In this document: positions 10,958 to 24,500 of the stretch, in pieces
How the letters are laid out: each line of letters opens with the position of its first letter
Numbering within the stretch: position 1 is the stretch's first letter
NCBI RefSeq assembly: GCF_964204645.1
Contig: NW_027437453.1
Location: forward strand, 38,863-102,862
Reading direction: 5' to 3'
DNA: 64,000 nt
Source of the DNA: Tubulanus polymorphus
Taxonomy: Eukaryota > Animalia > Nemertea
The notes under the pieces: generated by a model
The model's input: the letters and a program-made list of their open reading frames with translations, nothing else
What the model was told of the DNA's origin: nothing
Database searches by the model: none
Position numbers and translations under genes: made by a program

Positions 10958-12030
10958 CCTGGTGAAGTAATGGAAGGGTTAGGTGCGCTACAGAGCTGCC
11001 AACTGTTTCACTGTATTTTCGTAGGGCAGTAGCTTTTTGCTTCTGCTGTGCCCAAAGCATTTCCTGATAGTATGTCTGAAATCGAATATGTCAGCGTAGT
11101 GACACACTAGCTGCAAGTGCTACTAAATTTATCGCGAGTATAATGAAATCTTTAAAAACCATATATTGTTATAAGCGGCTAAAAATTAATTAGGGGAAAA
11201 CTGTTACGCTCGCTTGACCAAATAACAACGAGCTACTTTATACACAAAAAACCGGATGTTCTATTCAATTTTCTTATTGCCATATATTATTTACCATTAC
11301 ATAATATTCATGCATAAAGGCCACCACCTTACAGTTTCCATATTCTAAACAAACAGATGCGCTTGTATGGCTACGCAAAAGAGATACCCTTGATTCTCAT
11401 CAGTCCTTTTTTGGGAAATGTGACGAGGGAGGCAGGTTTTCATTTTCACCTCAACTTTGAAAGAAAAATAAAAGAGGAACAAAAAGCCTTATATCATTCC
11501 AAATTCCAAAAGCAACAGTGACGAGGGCGACAATTTCTTATTTCCTAAATGAGGAAATTGCGTTATGAAAGGCGTCAACGACCTTGAATGGCGACGGAAA
11601 GCACTTCGTTAGCGAAATGCTCACCTGCCATTCATAATTAAAGTATCGACCGTCAGACAAAAACATTCAAAAGTGTCATTAGGTTGTTTATCGGGATGCG
11701 TTTACTTTAAAGAAAGAAACGAAGACAGCTTTCTGCATACGGGACGCATATTCATATTCTGCTTATTTCTTACTGAAGAACGATTTTTGGCGCGCCGAAA
11801 TGAAACCGATGAGAAACCAGCTAGCTATTATTTTTTGCGTGGCCTAATACGAGTATAAAGAAATGAATTTAAATAGAAGAAAATACAAGAAATGAACGTG
11901 AACGTGATTATTATCCCAACTAATGTATGATGACGTAATTTTCACTCTGGATACACTAGATCAACATAAGGTAGATGAATTACACAAGGTTTCAACCGGA
12001 CCTCGAATTATGGTTATTCATACGTGTTCT

Positions 12031-12927
12031 TCAGACGTTTCTGGCCAGTAAGAAGTTTTCCAGTGTCATAGGCAACATCGGGAACCCATAACTATATACG
12101 ACATGTTTACGGATGACATCCTGGATTTGTGCGCGCAACGTTTCTGCTAAGGTATCTAAATCTAGGCCAGTGATAAACGTCGGTATCGCGTGGCACATTT
12201 GACGAATGGCTGCTTCCTGTTTGTTGACGCATAATCTGGCTGTTTTCAGAGCTAGGTGCATCAGAAGTGCGGCCTCATCGGTGGAGCGCGAAACCACCTT
12301 CATCTTAGCCGCTTTCATGCGTAGGAGTTCATCTATGTCATATCGAATGAAGGGAATGGATTGACCGTCATCGGCGAGAGCTTGGATTTCTTGACAAACG
12401 CTGAAAACCTTTTCATTCGTCGTAGAAGTCAGGAACACTCGTCCACACTCGTTAGCTAGCTTATAGAGCGACACATCCAAACATTCTGCCGGATTGTCCA
12501 AGTATTAGAGCACGTGCGAAAAAATTATCAAATCATAGAAGTCATTTGGTAAGAAAGAAGGCGCCTCCTCGCTAGAGAACTTACGTTTATAGACCTCGGA
12601 TTCGAGGTTGTACTTGCTGGCGAGTGTATTCATTCGAGTCTCCAGCTCCCGTGCCATAGCGTCGTTTGGTTCAATACAGTCCATGCGTTCGAAACTCACT
12701 TCATCGCCGAGTTCGGTCACCACGTCTTCCAACAAATATCCGTGAGCCGAACCGACTGATAGCAGCCTCAAACCTCTCCACCTGCTATTGTCTGTTGCCG
12801 ACAGTTTGTCGCTAGAAGACTTACGGACAGCGCGAACGGCTTCACATAATCGCTTCGGTCCGAAATTATTTTCGCTGTGATGCAAACGAAATGATCGGAA
12901 AGCTTCGCTGTATTTTAGATCATTCAT
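12031..12927 (-). pseudogene. Intronless class I SAM-dependent methyltransferase (histamine N-methyltransferase-like) with one in-frame premature stop
   Basis: ORFs 12505..12927 and 12031..12501 share a frame and are split by TAA at 12505-12507 within HVL*YLDNP (expected HVLYY); motifs LLSVGSAHG, DCIEPN, YDLIIFSH. Confidence 0.75.
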
Positions 12928-13180
12928 CTTCCTGTCCTGAAGTGTCGTCTACCAAAGAGAAAATATGTTCTGGTCGAAACGAACGTCCGAAGATAATGAC
13001 GGAATCGGTAGAGAACAATCAGAACTAGCTTTCTGCGCTGCTATAATGCAAATTCTAGTTCAACTACACCGATTATTCCTAAAGCACCATATTGTTGGGT
13101 ATTATTGCTTTCTATGCATGAATATAAAGTAGTATAAGGCCAAATAAAAAAAGTTCTTTTTCGTTACATAAGCTCCATAT

Positions 13181-16100
13181 TCAGATTCGACAGCTAATCG
13201 GTAATAAACGCTCATGTATTATAACCACGTCACCAGTTTTCACGGTGTTAGCTTTCGCGCCATTTTTCTTAATTTCGTTTGCGTGGCGTTCACGCAGTAC
13301 TGCGAGGTACTCATTTTTGAAGCGCTTCTGAAAGTGTCGAACTATTTGCGCTCGGTGAAACGCCATTTTTTGAAGAGACTGGCTAACTTTACCTTGACCG
13401 AATTCTGGGTCGAAAATTTCGGTCTCATCGATACTTTCACACGGAATCAATTCGACTTCGCGACCAAACAGTAACGAGTTCGGTGTTATGGGTTTGATAT
13501 CCTCGATCTCTGTCGGGATGACGGTTAAGGGGCGGTTATTTATCGTAGCTTGTATTTCTTTAATCAAGGTTTGTAATTCGTCTAATGATACTTGTGCATG
13601 TGCTAGAACCTTTTTAATAGCGGTTTTGACGATGCCGATGCATCTTTCATGCATCCCCGCCATCCACGGCGCTTGGACCGGAGTATATTTAAACTTCATT
13701 CTTTTATCCGCGTAGATTTTTTGTGCGTTGTCGGATGAAGCGATTTCATACAGACGTTTTATCTCAACCTCCCCCGCGATGAAGGTCTTTGCGTTGTCCG
13801 AGTATATAATATTCGGAGCCGAATAAGAACTACAGAAGCGTCGGAATGCCCTGATGTAAGAATCAACGGTTGCGTCTGTAACTATCTCGAGATGAATTGC
13901 TCGAGTCGTACAGCATGTGAAAAGACAAATATAAACTTTATTTTCGCCGCGGACGTATAAATGGCCAGTAAAGTCGATGGCCGTAGCGGTGAATGGTTTT
14001 AGCTCATTGAGCCTGAAACTGGGTAATGGTGGTGGTGGTGGTGGTGCTAGATATGGGCGACCGTACAATCTTTTGCATGTCACGCATTTCCTCAGTATTT
14101 TCTTTGCTAGAGATCTAAGAGATGTGATCCAGAAACGTTTGCGGACTTTGTTGACTGTCATTCCTGTGCCGTAGTGAAATACCGATTCGTGTGCATCCCT
14201 GACAATTAATGACGCTAGGTACGACTGGTTTGGGATGAGAATGGGTTCTTTCCGTGCTTGGGTTATTTCAGCATTTCTGAGCCTGCCAGCACATCTCAAT
14301 GTTCCTTTCGCATTGCGATAGACCCCTAATTGTCGCACTATAGTCGGACACTTTGATGTCTTGTGGGTGAAGTAAGAGTGGTCTTCCGGATATTCCTTCA
14401 GTTGGACACTTTGTATCCAGATGACTTCTGCCTCCCGTATATCGTCTGCTGAAATGATGTTTTTAGATTTTAACCCTTTTCTGAAGGCTCGTTTGACCAA
14501 CGCGGTGACCCGTAATAGTCTTCGATAGTCAGTGAAGTCCTGAACCTGTATGATCTGGTCTATACCAGTAATTTCCGCCTGACCGGTCCTTGTCTGGAAT
14601 TCGTTTTCAATCTCTAGGCTAACGACGAGTATGACCGAGGTGTCTGGTTGGTCGTCGGGAGGTGGTTCGTCTTGGTTTTCCATCCACTCTGGGCCAGTAA
14701 TCCACATTGATCTCATGAGCTCGTCATATGTGGCCCCTCTCGAAAGGATGTCTGCTGGATTTAGCTTCGACGGTACGTGCTTCCACTCATGCACATTGCA
14801 GAGCTGTTTAATCGCTGTAACTCGATTTTTTACGAACACTTTAAGTTCCTTTTCTGATTTCAACCAGTACAGGGCTACAGCTGAGTCTGTGAAATAATGA
14901 TTGTCAATGCCCGCGTATTCCTTCTCGTAGATTCTTCTGATTGAATCGGCGTATTTCGCTGCCATAACCATGCCCTCTAATTCAAGGTTTGGGACTGTTC
15001 ACCCGGCCTTTGCTTTAGAGATGACCTTGTTTTTCGAGCCTATGAGACGTATTTTGTTGCCTTGCTTTCCATATATAACACAGCCTACCGCACTATTTGG
15101 GGCTGCGTCGCAAAATACCATAAGTTTAATCGGTGACTCGTTGTCGAATCCGAGCCACCTCGGAAATTCGATCTGATGAGTCTGATTTAGATTGCTGTGA
15201 ATGATGCTCCATTCCTTTAGCTCGCTTTGGTCTAATTCTTGATCCCACTCTTTGGACGACTGCCAGAGTTTGTTGATAAACACCTTAGCAGTAACTGTAA
15301 CTGGAGCAACCAGACCTAGTGGGTCAAATAATGCCGCTGTGCGTGATGCGACCTTTCGCTTTGTTATGGTGGCTTCAGTCTGTGTCATTGATTTCCTGGC
15401 TATAGTTATGACGTCATTATCTGCATTCCAGGTCATTCCTAGCAGTGGCACTGATGTTGTATCTCTCACATGGATATCTCGGTTGGTTGCCTTTTTCATT
15501 AGGAGTTGAGAGTTAGATGCCCACTGCCTCAGTCTGAAGTTACCCCGTTGCATTATCTCCATAGCTTCTTCGAAGTATTCAGATACTTGGTCTTCTTTGC
15601 TTAATGTACTGAGTAGATTGTCAACGTAGAGTTTCATACCCATGTCCTGTGCCACCCACGAGTCTCGGTGGGCGTCAAAGTGTTTCGACAGGACAGCCGC
15701 CAGCGTGAATGGGCTCGCCGTAGATCCAAATATGACAGTATTATGTTGGTATGGGACGATGCCCTTCGATGGATCGTTATCCTTATACCAAAGGAAACGT
15801 ACGTATCGTCTATCTTTCTCCGCTAGTTGGACTGACAAAAAGGCTCGGGCGATGTCGGCTGACATAGCGACTACACCCGTTCTGAACTGCATGATCAGTG
15901 AGGGCAGATCCACCAGCATATTGGGCCCTTGGTATAAACAGTCGTTCAGTGAGGGTGAACCTGCGCTCGCGTCAAATACTATTCTCAGTGGAGTTGTTGG
16001 GCTGTCTTTCATGATGAAGAAGTGTGGGATGTAATAACAACCCTCTTCCAACAAGGCTTGGTCTGGGTTTGGGATTTCCGAGACAGTTCTTCTCAATATG

Positions 16101-18355
16101 CTCTTGCATCACCTTGGTGTATGCGCCCATAAGTTCAAGGCGTTGTAGACGATTAGTTACTTGTTTTAATCTGTACCTACTCTGGGTTAGATTGTTTTGA
16201 AGTTCTGAGTGGTCTTCCTTCCATGGTAGCGGTGCGTAGTAGCAGTTATCCTTGTACTGGATTTTCTCTTTATAATCCTCTAAGAATATATTATCCTCTA
16301 TGCATCCTTGATCTTCGAAATGGCCAGGGAATTCGGCGGTATTATTCCTCAGGAATTCGTTGAGTATCGTGTCACTAAATTTTTGGTTAGCATCCCCGAT
16401 CTCTAGCATATCAGAAACTGCGGTAAGCGTGAATGCATGTGGATTGTGGTCATCTTTGTACTACGGACCATAAACAAAACAACCGAGATTAGAAAATTGG
16501 ATGATTGGCCCACCGGGGATATTTTCCGTACGGTTTTCGAGGAATAAATATAGTGACCGCAACCGATTAATATATCCACGGTGAATAACTCAGCTTCGAA
16601 ATTATCCGCGAGGTGGTCTAATCTAGATATTTCCGGAAACTCAAGACATTCGGCCCATCGTTTGCGATATATGGGCTTAACGATTTCATTCGATATGGCG
16701 ACATCGATATGTATCGTACCTTCGGTGGTAACGATGTCATACACGCGTTTTGAAGTATGACCCCCAAAACCATTTACGGTCAACGATCGTTGGTAGCGCG
16801 GTTTTAACCCGTGAGCGGTGGCTATATCCTTGCGGATGTAACTGAGCATGGAACCGTGGTCGAGAAGGAGATTTGCATTTTTAAACTTATGACCATTATT
16901 TTCCAGATTAATTTGGCCCGTTTCCAACAAAACTATATCGCTGGGAGCAACGGCAGCCTGAATCGCATTGCTTTCACAAGTATATTCCGATTGATTTTCG
17001 CATGTATATTCCGATTGATTTTCGCATGTATTTTCCGACTGATTTTCGCATGTATATTCCGTTGTTTGATTCGACAAACTTTCGCATGTTTCGCTCACAA
17101 TCTCGTGATTGTGGACTCGATTCGCATTTGGTTCGATTAATCCAATGTTTGTGTTTTTGTTTTGTATCGCTGCGCATCCAGTAGTAGTAGTTAAATTATC
17201 TCTGTGTAGACTCGTGTGGTGTTGTCTGTTGCACTTCATACATCTACCCGAATTCCGGCAATTTTTTACTCAATGGTTCGGTTTCAGGCAATTAATACAC
17301 AGTTGCCTCTCTTCAGTTTTCGCTTTTCGATTTTCGAGATTTAGATGACATCTGGTAGGTCCATGTTCTCCGTCGCAGAATGGACACTGGTATCTTCGCT
17401 GGTTTCCGACAAAGGACGTAGTTGTCATTCTCGGTCGCTGTTGGTTAGACGATGTTGATGTGATTTCTCCAATGTTTTCAAGTTGTTCTTCGAATTTCTT
17501 AATAAATTCATCGAGTTCAAAATCACCTGCTTGGCCACATGTGCCCATCTTTTCGAGAAAGACTCTCGGGATTTTCTTTTCCATTGATGTGACAATAAAT
17601 GAAGCACATGCGTTGACATCTACGCCCAGGTGTTGTAGAGATCGAATGTTGGCGTTGGCTTGATTGACGAATTGTGATAGAGACGCAAAGTTCATAGCCG
17701 CTGGTGGTAATTCGTGAAGGTTGTTTACGTGAGCGCGAACTATTTTACGTTTCTGTCCGAATCGATCCGTGAGTATTGATATTAAGGAGTCCAAATTAGA
17801 ACCGGACGCGTGGATACCCTTAACGGCATCAAGTGCGTTACCTCTCAGCTGCCCGATTATGTAGTTAAATTTAGTGATTTGTGAGAATTTACCCATCAAT
17901 ACGTCAGCTTGTATTGTCTCCCAAAATGATGTCCAATCAGTATAATTCCCGCTGAACGTTGGTAATTTCAGTTTGGGTAACTGCGCGGTCTTCTGGGTGT
18001 CGGTATCCTGGATCTGCTCAAGCTTGGTGTTCTGATGATTACGATTTTCGAGGTACTTTTTTATTTTCAAGAGTCCTATGCGTTCCTGGCTGCGTCTTTC
18101 ATTCGAATCTTTGATTTCTTTTTCGAATTCATCGTCGTCTTTTCGCATTTCTTGGATTCTTTCTGCTAACGTTTCTCTGGATTCGTGGACCAGTCGCATC
18201 TCGTCTAATCGTGCTTCGATTTCGGTTGCATCGTCTTCTGCGATATTGACTTCTTGCATAAGTATTAGGATTCGCTCGTAGTTCGTATCAAATGTGTCGA
18301 TATCCGCATTTCTTCGTTTTCGGAGCTGGTCCAGCGTTTCTTTTTCTTTTGGCAT
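13181..18355 (-). pseudogene. BEL/Pao gag-pol polyprotein broken by several frameshifts
   Basis: Gag LPKLKLPTFSG plus zinc knuckles; protease LLLDHGS; RT DIARAFL and YVDN; RNase H VFCDAA; IN HHCC, DFTG, SDNAKTF, HERCIG; probable ATG at 18355. Confidence 0.9.
16973..17096 (-). repeat. In-frame 24-bp tandem repeat (TCENQSEY-like x4-5) between Gag and protease
   Basis: TTTCGCATGTATATTCCGATTGAT units. Confidence 0.85.
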
Positions 18356-18386
18356 TTCTGATCGTCTAGAGGTTTTGGTTTGTGTA

Positions 18387-18404
18387 ATCCTGGTCACGGC
18401 ACCA
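18387..18404 (-). promoter_or_regulatory. Primer-binding site complementary to the tRNA-His 3' end
   Basis: TGGTGCCGTGACCAGGAT directly after the LTR-terminal ACA. Confidence 0.9.
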
Positions 18405-18661
18405 TGTCGTTACGAGTGTAACGGTGGAGAATTGAACATAGAAAAACGTGACTGCTTGGTTAAGATATCATAGCAAGAGTGTCCTTTATTTTACGTAATG
18501 ATAACAAAAGAGTATAGTACGCATGCGCGGGCCAGCAAAGATGAAGAGAAACCGCAGATATAAACCAGATGTAAACAGCTATATGCATGAATAGAATTAG
18601 TAACGCTTGACTTCAATATAGTTATGTAAGTTGGGTGAGAATTGGGACGCAGTTTCCGACA
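18405..18661 (-). repeat. 5' LTR (257 bp)
   Basis: TGTCG...CGACA termini, AATAAA on the minus strand, adjacent PBS, sharp junction with the duplicated segment. Confidence 0.88.
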
Positions 18662-20409
18662 GTGTCAATGCGAACTGTTTCACATATTTGATATATTTTC
18701 ATGATATAGAATATCCATTCTATTTGTTTTGTTGTATGAAACCGGAACGTCCGATCATAAGTCCAACCTAATTTGGCTCATTCTCATAACAATGATAATC
18801 ATATCTAATTTAACTGATTGTGATCGAAACTACACTGAATATATTAATATATTATTTAGATAAAACGAAACTTGTTTAAACTAGTGGATTAACATAGTGG
18901 ATTTTCCATCTGAGTTCTATAAGGGTTTCTATTTTCAAGAAAATGAACAACTGAATCAAACGACCAATTGTTATCACTACACGATAATTAAAATATCATT
19001 TGGTTTAATCTTATCACACCATTATCGCATCAGAATACCACGAGCACCGGCTAAAAATATAATTCTAAATGTGATAACTCTTAATGATGACACAACTATT
19101 TCGAATCAGTTGCAATGCCGCCTACTACCATGGCCTGATAGTTCACATTATTTATAAATAACTTTCGCATGGTTCGCTCTTTCTTCGAGACCATGCATTT
19201 GACCGCTGTAAAGACTTTCTTTGTAGGCCTATACTAGAGCATTTTATTTATAATTCCGTAACATTACAACATAAAGCCACATAGACCGAAAGCGACCAGG
19301 CCATTCCGTCTACTCGATAATACCTATTGCACATGGACACGAACTTCAATAATACACACACTATACATCACTGCTGGATATTAAGAACACTTAAAAGTCA
19401 GTGTATACATTGAACATCCTCAGATTCGTGATTATTTGCTACATATGTCATTTCTAGCTATTACATGGGCATATACACTAATACAGATTAAAGAGCTGAC
19501 ATTTTATCTTTAATCAGTATTCAATCACCATCACTATCATATAGCAATAGATCCGCTCGCGTATTGTGAATCACTTTGAAAATAACCCGAAAGTGGAAAA
19601 AGTATAATACACTGTGTCATAAAAGATCCAGTTGCGAGACGATACTGCGATTCAGCTAAACAACTTTTCCATCAATTCCGTTAATAGAAATAAAAGCAAA
19701 CAATGCATTTAGAATATATCAAAAATTTGAATGTTTTTGAACATTTGAATGTTTTGCTTTGCATGCTAGTAACAAAATAGATAACTGATTTGTGTTGAAC
19801 CAGTTCCTTTAGGAATAAGATGAAAAGCTTATTTTTTGGTAGTAGTTCATGTCACCTAAATTCTATTATGTCTTGTTTAACTGAAAACTTTAATAATATC
19901 TATAATGCTGGGTATATATATACACGTACGTGGGTAAGATGATAATTGTTCCGTATAATTTCCTACCGGTTAACTTTTATTCATGTATTAAAAATTGAAT
20001 TAATTGAATTTCGTGGTCGATTCCTTGGCGGGTTTTGAATTCTTAATGTCGTGTCAAAATGAGGTCCGCAAATCATTTGAGTAATTGAGTCTATCGGGTC
20101 ATGGTGGAGATGGAAAATTATCGAAGGCTTGGATTCCGACATTCCATGTCAAAATGAGTTCCCGGAACTCACTGTTGCTGGGTTTTTGGAAACGCTTGCC
20201 ATCGAGGATGGGAATTTGATTACACTGGTGTCCGTTTTGTGCAAATCAATGACATAATAACCCAACATCGCCAATTCTAAGCCGGCTTGAAAATGAGGTT
20301 AAGTGGTTCCCGTGGCTTCAATTCAAAGAAAACAGGTTTTCACCTACTTCAAATTTAAGCCGAAAACAGGGAAATTAACTGTATTTTCCTTATTTGTCGC
20401 ATACACCCT
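18662..20409 (+). repeat. Segmental duplicate, copy 2 (no LINE); lies upstream of the ParB-like gene
   Basis: Matches 5826-6646 plus 7502-8418. Confidence 0.92.
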
Positions 20410-20821
20410 TTTTTATCGCTTATGCGCGAAGAAACGTTTTACATTGGAATGTCCAACACCAAGATTTGCGGTCCAAACACGCATATGTGAGAAAAGGTCA
20501 AGAACAGAAAATATACAAAGCTACCGAACTGCGGCGGATGGTAGCAGATGCTGAGCGAAAACAGTGCATCCTGCTGTCAGTTTGTGCAGTCGTTGTAGGT
20601 CAACGCGTTATCAGAATCATTCGCACGATAGGTTTAATCGAGTGAGCATATCCGTTTGGAGCTGAGCAGCAGAATTTACTTATTCTTCTATTCGAAGGTA
20701 AGATTTTATCTATACTTAGTTATAATTAACGGGTTTTAGTATAAATACTGATATAAGTCTAACAGACTTTTGAATGACCAAGTCCGTGTAAATGGGTTAT
20801 CAATATCGTGCCTTCTTCAAA

Positions 20822-21383
20822 CCCGTAGCCAGGATTTTGAAAGGGGCGTTGTTTGAATTATAAAAAGGGCACTTCTGCATGTTTTGTATCCCAGGAAAGC
20901 GAGCATCGTGTGCTTAAAAACAGAATTCTGTAGTTATTCCACAAACAATAAAAACACAACAAATGCATTTCAGTATAACCATTTGAAATGTTAGAATGAC
21001 ATTTATTCACCGCTAATAGAAGTAACTCTGGATGTTCAATAGTTCAAATTAAAATGTTTGCTAACTACATTCGTCTTGGGTTTTTTCCCGCGTATATTTT
21101 CGCAACAGCTGGTGAATTCGAATCTGTTGCTGAGTCGCTGGTAGGATGTGGCCTACACTGAACATCTCAAGTGGTGCCTCTGAACCCTTTTACATATTCG
21201 ATAGCTCAGGCAGTAGTGTTTCGATTGATGCGCAAAAGCGATGATCAATTGACAACAAACAAGTGTAATAAAGCGTGTAATAATTCGTAACAAGTTGGCT
21301 GAAAAAATTACCAAAATCACTAAGGGCACTTTCTATAAAGGCGCGTTCGTTCGAACGGACAACCCCCCCCCCCTGGCTATGGG
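20822..21383. mobile_element. MITE-like element
   Basis: CCCGTAGCCAGG...CCTGGCTATGGG TIRs, internal AAGGGCACT repeats, poly-C near the end. Confidence 0.6.
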
Positions 21384-21556
21384 CTTGTTGTTAAAAGCAT
21401 CACTAGAAATGAAATACAAATGTTTTTCCCGATAGCAAAGACATTGAAATAGGATTTCCAGAGGATGAACCTTTTATATCTATAGCATATTAGATAAATT
21501 AGATACAAATATGATTGTTTTTTTTTTCAGTATCCGGAAATAAAACGAACGTGAAG

Positions 21557-24500
21557 ATGGATCGCAACATAAACGTCGAAGGACCGTGGGGTTTACGTTT
21601 CATCGGAAACGACGCATGGTTGGTTAATGACAACGATATCTCTGTACATATAAAAGACATAAAACAAGCCGGCTGGATTGGATGGGTGAAGGTATGTAAG
21701 TTCAAATTTCGCTTCTCTTACAGTGAACATGAACAGAGCTCTATAACGCAACCTTTTTTCCACAGATTTCGACTTCGAATACCACAAAGCGCTACAAGCT
21801 GTCCCAGTTGATCACCGAAAACCTCCCCGAATGTTTAAAGCGGACAGTGAACTCGAGATCAGAATTTGTGAAGGCGTTTAATGAGTTGTTATTAGAGGAT
21901 TCTCGTAAGTTACCTTAAGATTTTAGTCGAATAATTTTGTATCTAGTAACATAAGCATGAAATGAGAGATTCTACAATGGGAAAAATGACGATAACCGAG
22001 ATCTAGAAATATGTTCAATAGATCTAAAAATCGCCTGAGTTTTCGACGATGTGATCTCATTATATAAAAGGGAACCTCGCTTTATTCGGACACAGTAATA
22101 CTGGCAAACATTTGTTTGATATAGAATAATAATTATCTTTATTTACATTGAGATGATTGGAAGGTTAGAAAAATATGCCAGAAAGTCGAAAAATGATCTC
22201 TTTTAGTTTTGGAAAAGTATCCACAATTTAGATAATAACAGAAAAATTTCATATTTGATTACGTAGATCAGTTTAGAATGTACACGCTCGATTTCGGTTA
22301 ACAGGTTAACATCGTGTGTGTATAATAGATCTAAAAATCGCCTGAGTTTTCGACGATGTGATCTCATTATATAAAAGGGAACCTCGCTTTATTCGGACAC
22401 AGTAATACTGGCAAACATTTGTTTGATATAGAATAATAATTATCTTTATTTACATTGAGATGATTGGAAGGTTAGAAAAATATGCCAGAAAGTCGAAAAA
22501 TGATCTCTTTTAGTTTTGGAAAAGTATCCACAATTTAGATAATAACAGAAAAATTTCATATTTGATTACGTAGATCAGTTTAGAATGTACACGCTCGATT
22601 TCGGTTAACAGGTTAACATCGTGTGTGTAGCATCACACACTCGACTTTTTGAAGAGAAATTGAGTTGTCTCAAATTCTCGATTTCTCAACTTCTGATAGA
22701 AAAATAAACAAAGTTGTGTCAAAATGCGCGCGAATATGCTGTATGTTGATTGGTTAGATTACTCTCGACTCCTCGACTTCGTTACGCCCGATTTTCCTCG
22801 AAACAACTCTCGTCTTGACTAGTCGAGAGAAATACTTCTATATTGGCTAGAGAAAAATCTAGCCAATCTGGCGCATTTTTAATAGTCTTCCTTTCTGGTA
22901 AGAGAAGGCAATATATTTCTACAATAAAAAGACTATACCTTTGATAAAAATCGTATCGAATCAACTTCAGTGACTCTCAGATAGTTGATATAATGATACT
23001 CATTTCCTCTTTTAAAATTGATATCCGTAGTACTTGATGACTGATTTCGTTTATCGACAATCATATCTTTGATTATGATTTCTTGTTCATCCATGTATGG
23101 GTCAATGCACTGCTGCATCAACGCTCAGCTGGTGTTGTGTGTGTGTGAACAAAAATTTAGACACAAATTTTATTTATTTTGCCAACCGGGTCAACAATAA
23201 TTGAGAAATCGAGCTTCAAAAAGTTGTATGGTCGAACCATCGTGTGCTTGCCGGCAGATACGCGTGTGACCTGAACCCGCTTCATCTGCCTCATGTTAGT
23301 GGAGATAATGTATTTATTCGTTTTAGAGTCCGTGATTTATCTTAGCGACTTTTTGCATATAGCTATCTGTTTAAAAGCTAACGAACTTTTCCAAAGCGCG
23401 AATTTTCTATTTTTAGTTTATCCAGTCTAGTGGTCAACACAGGCCACGTGTGACCTAAAACCTTCAGCCGTTATCATAACAGACGCTCATTAGAAACTCT
23501 CAAATATACTGATCACCTCTCTCGCCCTGTAACCCTCTCTCCAGGCGTGGTTCCAATGAGAGAGTGCAGGCCGGGGGTCCCCTTCTAGACATTATTATCA
23601 AGTTGCGCTGAAATTTTACGAGTAAACGAGAAATATTGATACCAAGAGAAGTTTAAATTCATAAGTATTTCTAAAGAAAACTGTTAATTTTTGTCTATTG
23701 GTTTTTTTTCGGGGTCCCCTTTTTATCACGATATGCCCTATTCTTGGGGGGGGGGGGGCATTCCTCACTGAATCAGAGCCAAGATCCGCCGTTGCCATCC
23801 GACGTTGGCGTCAAATTCCCAAGTAAAGGCTATTATTACATCATTTTGTTAATCAATGATGTCTTGCTGTTTATCAAGTAATCAAACATTACTAAAGCGG
23901 ATAACAGGCTCAGCGTAGCCTTTTATAGATGCAGCGTTTTAGTTACGATTCGCAATTATAGACGTGTAAATAGATACACGTTTTCACTCTAATCTCGGTT
24001 TAAGAAAATGCAATACACTAAGGTCGAAAAATAAACCGCAACGACAAAATCCAATCCAACTACGCGGCAATAACTAACGTGAGATAATGTTTATATCGAT
24101 TGTATATTCAACATGAGATTGATTTTAAATTTTTACAGGTAATAAAAGTCCAATACGCCATGAAAAAAGTACTTCTGATGACACTTTTGAAACGAACGAC
24201 ATCTATACATTCAATGGTAAGGTTTCATTATTGACACCCAGAAGAACTCTCCGAGTAAGCATTTAATAAAAACATGAAAGGGGTGGAATTTTTCAAGCTA
24301 CTTATTATAAACATTTATAACAAGTAGTTTGCTGGATCCATGAATTTTGATTGCGAATTATTTGTCTATATTACATTGCAAAAGTACGCTCAGAATGCAC
24401 GTCATTGCCTACAGTAGACTCCGCCTATTCTCTGTTCTAATTCTATCGAATACCGACTCAAGAGTTCGGGGAATTTTTCGTTAACAGTAGATGTTTTGAA

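Larger units (their letters stand above)
13181..18661 (-). mobile_element. BEL/Pao LTR retrotransposon, 3'-truncated
   Basis: 5' LTR, tRNA-His PBS, gag-PR-RT-RNaseH-IN order; integrase breaks off after KTGDVVIIHE; no 3' LTR. Confidence 0.95.

Noticed and set aside
13214-18281. Plus-strand ORFs within the BEL element
   Set aside because: Antisense shadows of gag-pol with no recognisable motifs.
18355-18404. tRNA-His gene
   Set aside because: Only the 5' and 3' pieces match; the anticodon arm is missing and the position is that of a PBS.
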